Of a stretch of 64,000 nucleotides of DNA, positions 28,701-40,700 are shown piece after piece. The notes under the pieces are model-generated. The model searched no databases. It was given only the letters and a program-made list of their open reading frames with translations, and had not been told where the DNA came from. Within the stretch, counting starts at the first letter, position 1; the number at the start of each line of letters is the position of its first letter. The stretch lies in contig CM120641.1 in assembly GCA_051362555.1 (NCBI GenBank), positions 45,018,401 to 45,082,400 of the forward strand, in the 5' to 3' direction. Both the position numbers and the translations under genes were made by a program. The DNA comes from Lingula anatina (taxonomy: Eukaryota; Animalia; Brachiopoda).

Positions 28701-31700
28701 TGCCTGAAAGGGGTATGCCATGTCCAACAGATGAAAGTGAGTTTTCTACTACTAATTTTAAAGGTCGGACAACAAAGAAGGACTCGTCACCAGTTCATAT
28801 TTCAGATAATAAAACTCAATTTCCACGCTCACGACGGACAGGTTACACCAAGCAAAAATACAAAGGCTACAAAAAAATTCTGAAGAACACAATTGTTATT
28901 ATCATTTTTGTTTTTTTAACTGGGGGCGTAAATGCCCCACGTGTACCAAATGCAAACCATGTTTACAATCCAATGAATATTGGTAATAGGCATCCTGTAC
29001 AAGTTGAAGATAATGATGAACAACCACCAGCACCACCCCCAGTGCAAGTTGAGGATAGTGGTGAGTATATCCATCATCAGAATACTCAGCACATTCAAGA
29101 ACCTGTAGATACCAACTATTACCAATCTGTTCATCCTGTTGACCCACCGCCCCAACAAGTTTGTGAAAATGGGAACTAAGATATCTATCACCAGGAAGGA
29201 AATGTGTACACAGAATACTTGGCACAAAGAGCATGCTTAGTAAGTTAGGCCATAATCTGAAATACTTAGGATTTTCCATAAAATGATTGTGCATTCCATG
29301 TCCACTGGAGGAGTGAGTTGATAAATATAAACACCTGTTGCCGGTGTAACATGAAAATGTGACTCCCCTCATGAAATTTTGACTCCCCCCAAAAAACTGT
29401 ATAAATCTTATTTTATTTGAGTATATGACTTTCATATTGTGGTATGCATAATGGATAATACTATGGAATCCCAGGAGGGCCAAGCGAAAAAAAAAATTTG
29501 AAAAAAAAAAAGTTTGAAAAAAAATAAAATTAAAAAAAAAATTGAAAAAAAAAAATTGAAAAAAAAAAAATTTGAAAAAAAAAATTAAAAAAAAATTGAA
29601 AAAAAATTTTTTTTTGAAAAAAAAATTGCGAAATTTGCGAGATCGCGTGTAATCCCGCGAGATCGCGCGTAATCCCGCGTGGTCGCGCGAAATCCCGAGA
29701 GGTCAATCGTGTTTCATTTTCAAGATGAAATTTTTAAAAAACACAAAATCTCGCGAGAAAGTGCGAGAAAGAAAAAAGCATTGGCGAATGAGGCAGGGAG
29801 GGGCTGTTCAAAATGCCGACATTGCACCGAACATGAAGAGGAGGATGTCATTTGTAAAGGGAAAACCGCCCAACAGACTGGGATATTGGCTCCATGCTAG
29901 GCCAATGCCACGATGAGAAGGGATTTTATGGAGCTAGAATATTTAAAAAAACACTCTTTAGTACCACCAGCATGTACGCTGGCAGTATTCATGGCTTTAG
30001 TCCCGACCTATCTCATATGGCTCTGCAGGGTGTCGTGAACTACAAGTCACCGTTACCGCTTCTCCTCCTAGAGCGCATTATTTCAAGGTCAAACAGGTCA
30101 CATTTTTCTAAAATTGCTAACTTTCTTGTGGAAAACAGTTATTATTGTCTATTTTCAGAAACTAAACAGATCTAATCTATAATACAATGGGCAGGTGTTA
30201 CCCTTAGGGTAATCTTTGATCTTCGTGAGTTTGGGGTCAATTGGGGCATTTTCAGACGAGTAGTGGCTATTAGATGCCAAACTAAAAACTCTCTAATTCT
30301 GGAACCATCATTGCTAGAGACCTTGTTTTTTCATTTTGTAGAGCTTTGCATGCGCAACACTGCAGGTTTTTTTGAATTTTTTATTTTTTTTCGTTAGGGC
30401 TCGGGCATTGTTCTGTATCAAATAGTTCAACATCCAATATTCAGATGTGAAAATAAAATGTAAAATACACCAAAATTAGCAGAGATACACCCATTGTTAC
30501 TACTGAACTTGAATAGGAAGGAGCAAACTGGTAATCAAAAATGATAGGACAATTTTGTTAAAGTTGTGCTGTTTTTATCATTGACTTAATTGTTGAAAAT
30601 GGAAGTAAACTCATTAGTTATAGTTCTCACTTGTGAACATAGTGGAATTTTCAAATATCATGGGCCTGAATACCTTTGCTAATTAATTTTTTTGTAAATA
30701 CCATTTTAACTGCATTGCATAATTAATAATTGGTGGTGATTATGCTCTTAAGCATTATGTAATATAGCATCAAAAGTGAGGGAAAATAAATTTTGGTCAC
30801 TCTCACCTTAATGGCCTTAAACGTCATGCTACTCGTGGCTCTCAAACCTACTGAAAGGGTTCTTGGTCTGAATTGTACCTAGACTTGCACCAGTTTGACT
30901 GCCTTTTATGTGCGTTCAATATTTTTTAAATATTAGCATTTTTATTGAGGGATTTAACCCCCAAAGGCATGAAGTCAAATGGCAGTGACCTTTTATACAT
31001 TATACTATTATGATAGACAGTTCAAGGTTGTATCATTACGTAAAATTGTATCAGATTTAGCAAAACAAATTGTGTACTGCCAATAGTAACATTATAAAGA
31101 AAAAACAGTGACATATAAGTTTGAAAATCCAATAATAATTCTTAAGCACAGATCAAATTGGGAACCCAGCTTGATTTTTTTTTTTTCTGAAATTTATGCA
31201 TTTTTATTTGAATGTTCATATTTCTCTTGCTTGCATATTTTAACTGTGAATTTGAACTGACATGGGTATGCTAGTAACATATTCCTAACAGACATATACC
31301 TGCAATGCTGTTCGACTTCCTGTTAAGCATACTGTATTTTGCATCAGTATTGACAGTTACCTACTTTGTGCATTTTTTTAATTCTTTTTTTGTAGTTTTG
31401 ACAGCTATGCTGGGATAGAGACTTTGAATTATATGTATTGTCAAGTTTATTGAAAAGTGGTTGAATTTTTATGTACTGACAGGTGTGACACCAGCATCTC
31501 CATGCACATAAAGAGATAACACCATCAAGGGAAAACCAATTTACCTTTTTGTCTTACAGAACTTGTGGTTTCATAAAAATGGGTTGTGTAGCCTGTTGCG
31601 CATTGTATTAATGTATCAAAAAAAAAGGAAAATAACCTCTTTTGTGATTCTTTATTCTCTTTTTTCCTGTACAGCAATTTGGAATTTGCAGGTTGGTGCA

Positions 31701-34700
31701 GAAACATTAATATTACATTTTACACATATGTAGATGACTGTAATGCAGATCTTTCTAGGATGAAGTGTCTCCTTAGTTGAATATAACTCTCCTCTTCAGT
31801 GGATATTTCTATTGTCAAGTGGTTAGTGGCAGTGAAGTTAGTTGCTTCATTATAGAAGTCCTGTGGCACACGAGCAGATTGTTCATAGTTCAGTGTTTTT
31901 TCTCGTGCAACTTCTGCCAAATCTCTATCACTGACAGTGAATCCACACTGGTGACCGCCTGCAAATATATATTGCATAAAATATGTAGGTTGATTTACCT
32001 TAAGCCAGTTGTTCCATTTAGTCACATAGCCATGCCACAAGAACATGGTGATGTGTAAAATTGACTACGTGTTCATATTTAAAGTAAAAGATTTTTAATA
32101 CAAAAATGTCTTAAGTTTTAAATATTTCAATCTTTTATATGCTAAACATGTAACTGAAATTGCCAAATTTACCATATAAATGTGGAAATGCATAAATGTC
32201 ATTTGGAGCAGCACCAGTGGGTAACCACACCTGCCTTTGGTGTCTTATTTTGTGGTTGTTCCACCACAGTTGAAATGCATCTATATCATGTTGTATCAGA
32301 GGCAAGTAAACAAATACCATGCACCACTTGTCAATGCAACTGTGTCTGTCATACCAACCATCTCTGTGCAAACCCTGAAAAGTATAATACTTGTGAATTT
32401 ATCAGTCATTCTATGATATGCCAACGGATTAAAACTCTCTTTAGGAAAGTTGACCAGAAACACTGAAATAATTGCATGACATCAGAATAGTGCGTGATCC
32501 AACAACAGGCTTTAATAGACATCCTTGTGACAAATGGGTAAATATAATAAGAAATTTACATACCTGGTTCAGTGGTGAAGGCCCCATGATGTGACTATCG
32601 GAGAAAGCATGCTGATCACTGCTATTTCTTCTTAGGAACATTTGGCATTCAATTAAGTCTACATTCTCTGTCCCTGGGTCACTTCTAGTTCTATTAGGGC
32701 AGACTATTAAAAAACGTTAACTATTAGCACAGATGTTTAAGAAGACCACAGTGTTGAAATATACCCCAAACTAGTATGTTACAATGGCAAAATCAGAAAT
32801 GGATAATACTAGTAAACTCTTTTAAACCCAGTAGTGTGTGGTTAGATAAGGGATAGAGTTTTTTCAAATTGGTTTTTTACTTAAAACAGTACATTATATA
32901 CATACACAAAAATTTGCGTGAAAATGTATCAATGCATCCATGTATGTAAATATGGAAGAACTGAAACTTGTCATTACCATCCACAGACCAAATCCAATTT
33001 GGTCCCTGAAAAGAAATAGTTGATATTATCACATGAAAACCTAAAATTAAATGTCATTTTGAAAGTATATACATGTGAATAATCTGACTGATACATTCCT
33101 CAAATGAACGAATCAAACAACTTTTACTGATAAGTGGCTCCATCATACAATTATCTTTCTATAATCTTAAGTTAGTTGAAACTGACAGTATGATGACTTG
33201 GCAATTTTTGTGACCAGAAAAGGGTTTAAGACTAAATAGTTTTCCACATATTGTGTTATCGCTGAAAGTGCATGGCTTAAATGATCAAGACAGATAGGTC
33301 TCTGTGTCTATACATAAAAATAATATTTATCTGTGATTTAAAAACTCGTCGATTTAAAGCCCTTCGTATCCTTAGTTTCCGACCTTCATGATCAACTTCA
33401 TGCAATATCTCTTGCACATCAATTCTTAGGATAGAGTAACAGAATAATATAATTTAATAGAAGTGAAACAAAAATAGATTTTTACTTTCATTTTTTAATT
33501 AACTGCTTAATTGCAAAAATTAATCCTTTGCTTAACTAACCTTTTTACTTTCTTGTGATATTTCTGGCGACACTGATCATATATTCGCCTTACACCTGCC
33601 AGTCCCCCACAAACAACGAATTCTTGTTGAATAATATCCTTCATAAAAAGATATGACTCACACATTAAAATGACCATTTATTATGTATATAACCTTATTA
33701 AATTATAATTGGAAATATAAATCACTGTAAGATGTCAATATTTTAATTTTATTTGTACAAGGGGGATAATTAAGTTTTGGATTGTAACAGACTTTCTATC
33801 AGACATATCTATATACTAGTACTGTACTGGTTGGTTGGTGTATTTATGCCATCTCCTCTATTCTAAGACTTGAGTGATCAAAATACTACAGATATTATTT
33901 CAACATACAGATTGATTCAAAGTAGGCAGCATCAAAATTATTGCTTACCCTTAATTCTTGGACAGGGACATGTTCATGTCGCTTGATTTCAAGAACATTT
34001 AACCTTCTCTTGAGGGTACTTTCACTGACAGTGAAAAAGAAAATAATTAAAAATAATTAGATCCTTTCTGAACTTATTACCTGCTTTAAGATATTCAGTG
34101 AGCTGACAACTTTAAAGTTTGCCCTTCATGCAATAGGATTTTGCAGATTTTTATGGGAATCTATATGAAAATGATAACACGGACCAAGACTTTTCTGGGG
34201 ATTCATGCCATTTAAAATCACCACTTGTAATTTTCAACAAAAGTTCCAGGAGTCCAAGCCATCATTAAAAAAAAACTATCCAGTGATGTCAGCAGCTGTC
34301 CAATTAATAGTTAAGTTTGTCACCAAGAAAAGACTTGACGTGGGCGATAAGTAATGAGCTTCACTAACAATAAGAATTAAACATGACATTGATTGACACA
34401 AAGATTTCTCTACAAAAAAGCAAATATAAATAAGCATTTGTTGCCACAAAGAATTCTACACAAAAATATTTACCTCCAGGTAATACCAATGTCCTTTAAA
34501 TATTCTAATATCAAAGCTTTGCTTTTATAATGTTCCACTAGATTATTGAGGAAAACCTTTAAATCTGAAATTCAAAAATAAAATGAATTTTTTACATGAA
34601 GCAATGACAGACTATAGATGACTTATAAGAGATACAATTAAACATACACACATTATAAGGCAATTTCATTTAGTATGCTCTTTTGTTTATTACAAAATGG

Positions 34701-37700
34701 ATGTGAATTTTTTCTGATATTTCTCCTCGAGAGCCAGTCACATATGAATAACAGTCTTTTACAGTGATATATATATATATCATACTTGTAGCCCAAAGAA
34801 AAGGTTTGATAATAACACTGGAGATGTGTGCCTCAACATAAAAGGTGAATTATACAGGTTAAATCCACCTAATTCAATTTTATGATTTATATTTTATATT
34901 TTCTTAAATCAACTTCTGTTTCATGCTCTCATAAAATAACTATTATTTGAATTGACAAACTGAAGCCCAAGAATTAAAAATATTTCAATTAATATCATAT
35001 ATGAAACTATTTCAATTCTTATTGTATTTTAACACAAATAACTTGGTAGATCCATGTTGAAAAAAGACAAACACTGAATTTGCTCACCAAATTTGAAGTC
35101 CTGATCCATGGGCAAGTGCCCACAGTTGACACAATGTCTGATGGTTCTAATTTTTCGGTATCCTGGACATCGACATTGCCTTTTGTTACAAGCACCGACG
35201 ACACTCTACAAACGTAAATTACAAATGAAAAGCAATACTTTCAACATTCCTATCCTTAACGGGAACTGTACACGTGTGGTTTGGTTTCGAGGAAGTCTAA
35301 TGAAAAATACTGTAAATTTATGTAAATGTATGTAAAATAAGTTAAATACCCAATGAAGACGTTTGCATAACCAGTCAGTGTCACTGTGTCAGGAAAGGCG
35401 ACATATTTATTTAACCGGTGTTGCTATCTTCTTTTATTGCCCCTAGTACGTTCTAATACTAGTAATAGTAAAGAAATAAGACTAAGAGGACACTCGTCCT
35501 TGATTCACTAATAATACTATACGTCACACTATCATCTGCATAAAGAATAAAGAGAAAACAACTTACGTGCAATATATTATCACATCCGCATGATTTACAT
35601 ATGGGAATGTGAGCCTGTTGTTCATAGTCCGTGCTATGTTGGCATTTTAAACACATCGTGGCTTCTTCCGCCATGTTTCTATTCTCGCAATTTCTCGTGA
35701 GATATCGTGATTTTTTATCTCTTTTTCTTGATTTCCTTTTGAAATAAAATTTGCTCGGTATCGCGGGATTTCACGTGGCCACGCAGGATTACGCGCGATC
35801 TCGCGGGATTACACGCGATCTCGCAAATTTCGCAATTTTTTTTTTCAAAAAAATTTTTTTTTCAAAATTTTTTTTTCAATTTTTTTTTTTTTCAAAAAAA
35901 ATTTTTTTTTTCAAAAAAAAATTTTTTTTTCAATTTTTTTTCGCTTGGCCCTCCTGGGATTCCATATAATACATTTGCAGGTGGAAAATTTAATGAGAAA
36001 ATAAGAAAATTAAAATTGTGTATTTTATCGCCCAATGACTCCCCTATGAAAAAGCTTTTTATTTGATATTTACATGGTGATCATTTCAACATTTGTCCCT
36101 TTAGTATACTTTATGATGAATATATTGGAAATATTTGAAAGTTTGGTGGTAAAATATTGGGTGCAAAAAATGAAAAAAATAATCATGAAAAATCTTAATA
36201 TTTATACCCATGGGATTTTGGACTCTCATTAAGAAAAGGCACTATTAAGTCACCATACCATTGTTTTTCACATGGTTTGCATTGTGATGTAAATTTTGTT
36301 AGTATTTAAAAGTTTGGTGGTAAAAATTTTGGTGAGACTTGATAATTTTTTTAACAAGTACAGTGTCTTGAAAATTTCGTCGGTCTTAAAAATTTCGTAG
36401 GCAGACGAAAAGTCAATTTTCTTATCTTCCGAGAGAGATCGTTTGCATTGTAAGCAAGAATAAAATGCAATTTTCATATTTGTTCAAGGGACTAAAGAAC
36501 TTCGTTCGTGGAACATCGTCGAAAAATATATATTATTCTAATTTTTCAAGTGGGGGGGTTTAAAATATTAATAATGATCTCCCGCCGACGATCTTCCACG
36601 AACGAAGATATGAAAGTTGCCTTTTCATCTCGGTCGAACTGCAAATGATCTCCCCAAGATGATTTTACGCGAACGAAGTCTGCTACAAATATGATAAAAA
36701 TTGCCTACTCGTCTCGCTTGGAGCGTGAACGATCTGCTAGCGATATTACGCAAACGATTATCCACTGAAGATATGAAAATTGCCTTTTTCGCCCCATTCC
36801 GATCGCGAATGATGTCCATGTTTACGAGCTAGGTGATTGTTAAATCGTCTTAAATTGCACAAAGGACATGAATAGAACTGACGGGTACATTTCCCTTCGA
36901 AATAATATCTTGATTTTTTTCATTGTGTCTTCCTCATTGAGGACAGCCATCGATAACAACTGACAAAGAGCCTCAGCCTGAGACTTCTATTTACCAGCTT
37001 GAAAATGCACCTTGAGCCAGGTAATGGTAATGAAACTTAAGACAAAAGGCCGACTTTCCCGCAATTGAGAACGGGAATTCATATCTTAACAATCTATATT
37101 GTGGGAAGCCGCTGGCAGGGGCACACTATTGTTCCTATCTCCCATTGAGTGTGTTATCGGCAATGATATCCCGATCGTATTATTGTCTTGAATCAACTGA
37201 CGCATTACCTTCATGTTTGAGCTGGACAACGCGGCCATATTAGGTGACGAACTTTTTAAAAATTACCGAGTACGGAATTTTCAAAGTGAAAAAAATTATG
37301 TTGGTGGAAAATCGTCTGCTGACGAAATTGTCAAGACCGACGAAATTTTCAAGACTTTACTGTACCCAGGAATTGGGGAGACGTAATTTTGAAAAATTCA
37401 TAAGATTTATGCAATTTAAAATAACAATTAATTTTTAATATTCCTAATTTGCTATTTAATCTTGAATATATATGTGGCATAGCAAATATATGTCACTTTT
37501 TAAATATATAATATCTAGTGACAATTCAGTTGTTATATTCACATTTCTTGATTCCTTATATGCGTTTACATTTAATATTCCAGGCAAATAATTAGCAGTA
37601 ATTCTTATGTCATTTTCAATATAATTTTTCTATATTTCTGATACTATTTCATCACAAATTGAGGATTTCAAAACCTCACATGTGTGTAATATATGCAACT

Positions 37701-40700
37701 GCAGTAGTATTATCGTATCTTTCCTTTGATTTCTTGAATTAAGGCATGTAACGCCATTTTATAACAAGCACTTCAAATGCATTGATATTATCATTACAGA
37801 ATGAAATTCTTCTTCAGTAAAGAAACCACCAATTCTCATATTTCTACCTTCATCTACCCATGCTAAAGGAGTAGCATTTGCTTGAATTTCAATCTGTGCA
37901 TTGCCATGATTCATTTTACATGTTGCATACAAAAAATATTTCTAGACCGCCATTCTAGGTCTACTTCCTTTATCTGTAATATCCATTACAGCTTCATAAT
38001 CATTTTATTATCTTTTAATGCATTAATTTTTTCTCTCATATCGACCACATGGTCTGAATTCTGAACTTTACTTTTAAAGAGCAAATTTCTGATGACACAT
38101 CAGTGTTTACTAGTAAACACTGATGTGTCATCAGAAATTTGCTCTTTACTACTAGTAAACACAGACGTGTCGTCAGAGATTTGCTACTACTAGCAAACAC
38201 AGACGCGTCGTCAGAGATTTGCTACTACTAGTAAACACAGACGTGTCATCAGAGATTTGTCACTACTAGTAAACACTGACGTGTCGTCAAAGATTTACTC
38301 TTCTTAATAAACATGAGAAGGATATTCATACCTGACTTTCTTTTTTAAAAAAATCCTCTTTTTACTTCTGGATATTATGTTCCAGCTATTAATTCTAATG
38401 CTGCACTGATTCTCCCACCACATTCGTGGCAAAATTGGCACTCGTTGACGCGCCATTTTTATTTCCCTCATTAACATTACTCTGCGTCAATGTTTGATTC
38501 TGTGTTAAAGTTTGTGATGCGTCACCACTTTATTTTGACTTCCCGTCAGAAAGTTTTGTGTCCGTGCGGCATTTTTTAACTTTTGGTCTATTTTCAACCT
38601 TATCAGCCATAGTATTCATCAAGTTTTGTGCTGCTCTCTGGCCTCACGTGCTGCCCTCGATCGACAAGAAACTGGAAGTGAAGATATGCGCAAGTGCGCA
38701 TATGCTCTCGCATAAAACAGGAATCTCGTATGACCTCATTTGTATGGAAACAAAATAGAATTAATTTTTAAGTGACGAAATTATCAAAGTTTTTACTGTA
38801 TATAATATATATATCTCTCATTGTCACAAGCAAGCATTTTCACATCAAGCGCAAACAAAACAAGTTGATCCATGGACTAACTGCATAAGCATGAATTAAT
38901 GAATAAGCCTGATCAATGTGGAGCCAAGATTAAATTGCTGTGCTTCTGCAGGGACAGTGTACATGGGAGGCAGGGAGTCCATAAGGGGATTATGCAGCGT
39001 TGCTTTCAAGTGAGTTGACCATATTTCATCTGCAGATCAGTTAGTCCTCAAACCAACTTGTTTTGAATGCGCCCATCATGAATGGAATATGCCTTTAATG
39101 AGTATTTTGTATTTGAATAATTACTGTGTTCAGATATAAAGATAAACTGTTGCCATTAGGACAATACATTTATTGTTAGTTTTCTTTTTGTAAATTGCAA
39201 GTGATGTTATTCTTGTACCTATACATGGTTAGTTGTCTTAGTTCATGTAATTGGTGTGTATAAAGCAAGCTTAGCTTGGCATTGGTCAATGTTTTTTTTA
39301 TAGGAATACTCTTCATGATAACTTCCAATATATGTTGCAAGTTGCGTAGATCCATCACAGATGCCAGTGATAGTCGGCAGAAAGATTCAATTAGTTATAT
39401 AATTTCATTATCATGCATAAGAGAATTTGTAAGTTTGAGATATTACACTTAATTGGTTTATAATCCACTTTATAAATCTATCCTTATTATGTATTGCCTC
39501 ATTATTTTAGTTTACTGTGGTGTCTGTCACTTCAGCGTTAACTGGAAAGCAGTGTTTGGGTTAACAGCGAGTATTTACATAAAGATTTTCTGTTTTTGCA
39601 ACTCAGATAATTGTATGTTAAATCAAATTTATGAGTTATTTACACATATATACTTTGTAATTGTGTTTATTCATCTTTTTTTTTTGGGGGGGGTGTATTT
39701 ATTACTGTATTTACCTACTTTTAGACTACCACTTCCCTACGTTTCATTACATTGCATCATCATACATATATGTGTGTAACTAAACCCTTTTCAACCTCAG
39801 CAGCTAGGCCTTACACAGATTGTTGGTTTGAGACTCAAATATACTGAGGGAGTATAATTAATTAGGAAGTGAAATTCAGAGAAGGAAAAACACTTAAAAT
39901 ATTAAGTATTTGCACTTGTTCTCTGTATTATGTCAAATAATACATTAACCTGTGACAACATAAAGGTACACAGTTACCTGAGACAACACACTGTTACACA
40001 CTTACCTGAACTGAAGGTCTGTTTGTCTCTGCTGCTGGTTCTGGGGTCGTTGGGTTTTAGCCTACGCACATGATGAATGGCCATTTTCTGGTAGTCAATC
40101 TCAAAGATGTGACCTGATCTACTACAGGCGTAACTTTAAACAATGAAATAAATAAATGTGAAATAAATAAATGTGAATTATGACCTAAGTCTATGAATAT
40201 TTTTTTAAAGTCTTACACAATTATTTTTTAACATTACCTCTGGCAATAAGAATGAATCAAAATCATAGTCATATAATCATCATCGTATAACAGATTTAGT
40301 TCAGAAAAAGATTTATAAATTTACCTTTTATCACTGTTTAGTTTAAAAAAACGAACCAACAAATAAATAGATAAAAAAAAGAAAGAATCAGTGACCAAAA
40401 AAGCACATACAACTCTATGTTCAAAAAATCTATAATCATATCAAGAAAATACTTAATACAGTTAACCACCTGCACATGAGCTACATAATTCATGTGCAAA
40501 TAATTTTTAGTATTCTATTCACCATACCAAATTCATTTTCATTTTATATTATGAAAGCAGATCACTTAATGGACCTTGCACCACACTCACACTAATCTGT
40601 CCACCGGGTCCTTCTGTGGCTCAAATCCTGCCTCAAAGGTCACGTCTGTGAACTCCATAGTGTGGTACTCAGCGAGGTTGACTGGAGCAGATCGCAGAGC

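Noticed and set aside
22094-29179. Calling gene B a mucin or a single-exon gene starting at 22094
   Set aside because: An in-frame acceptor and three upstream exons exist; no signal peptide or mucin-associated domains were seen.
38075-38300. CRISPR-like appearance of ~39-bp repeats
   Set aside because: No unique spacers, no cas genes, eukaryotic intron.
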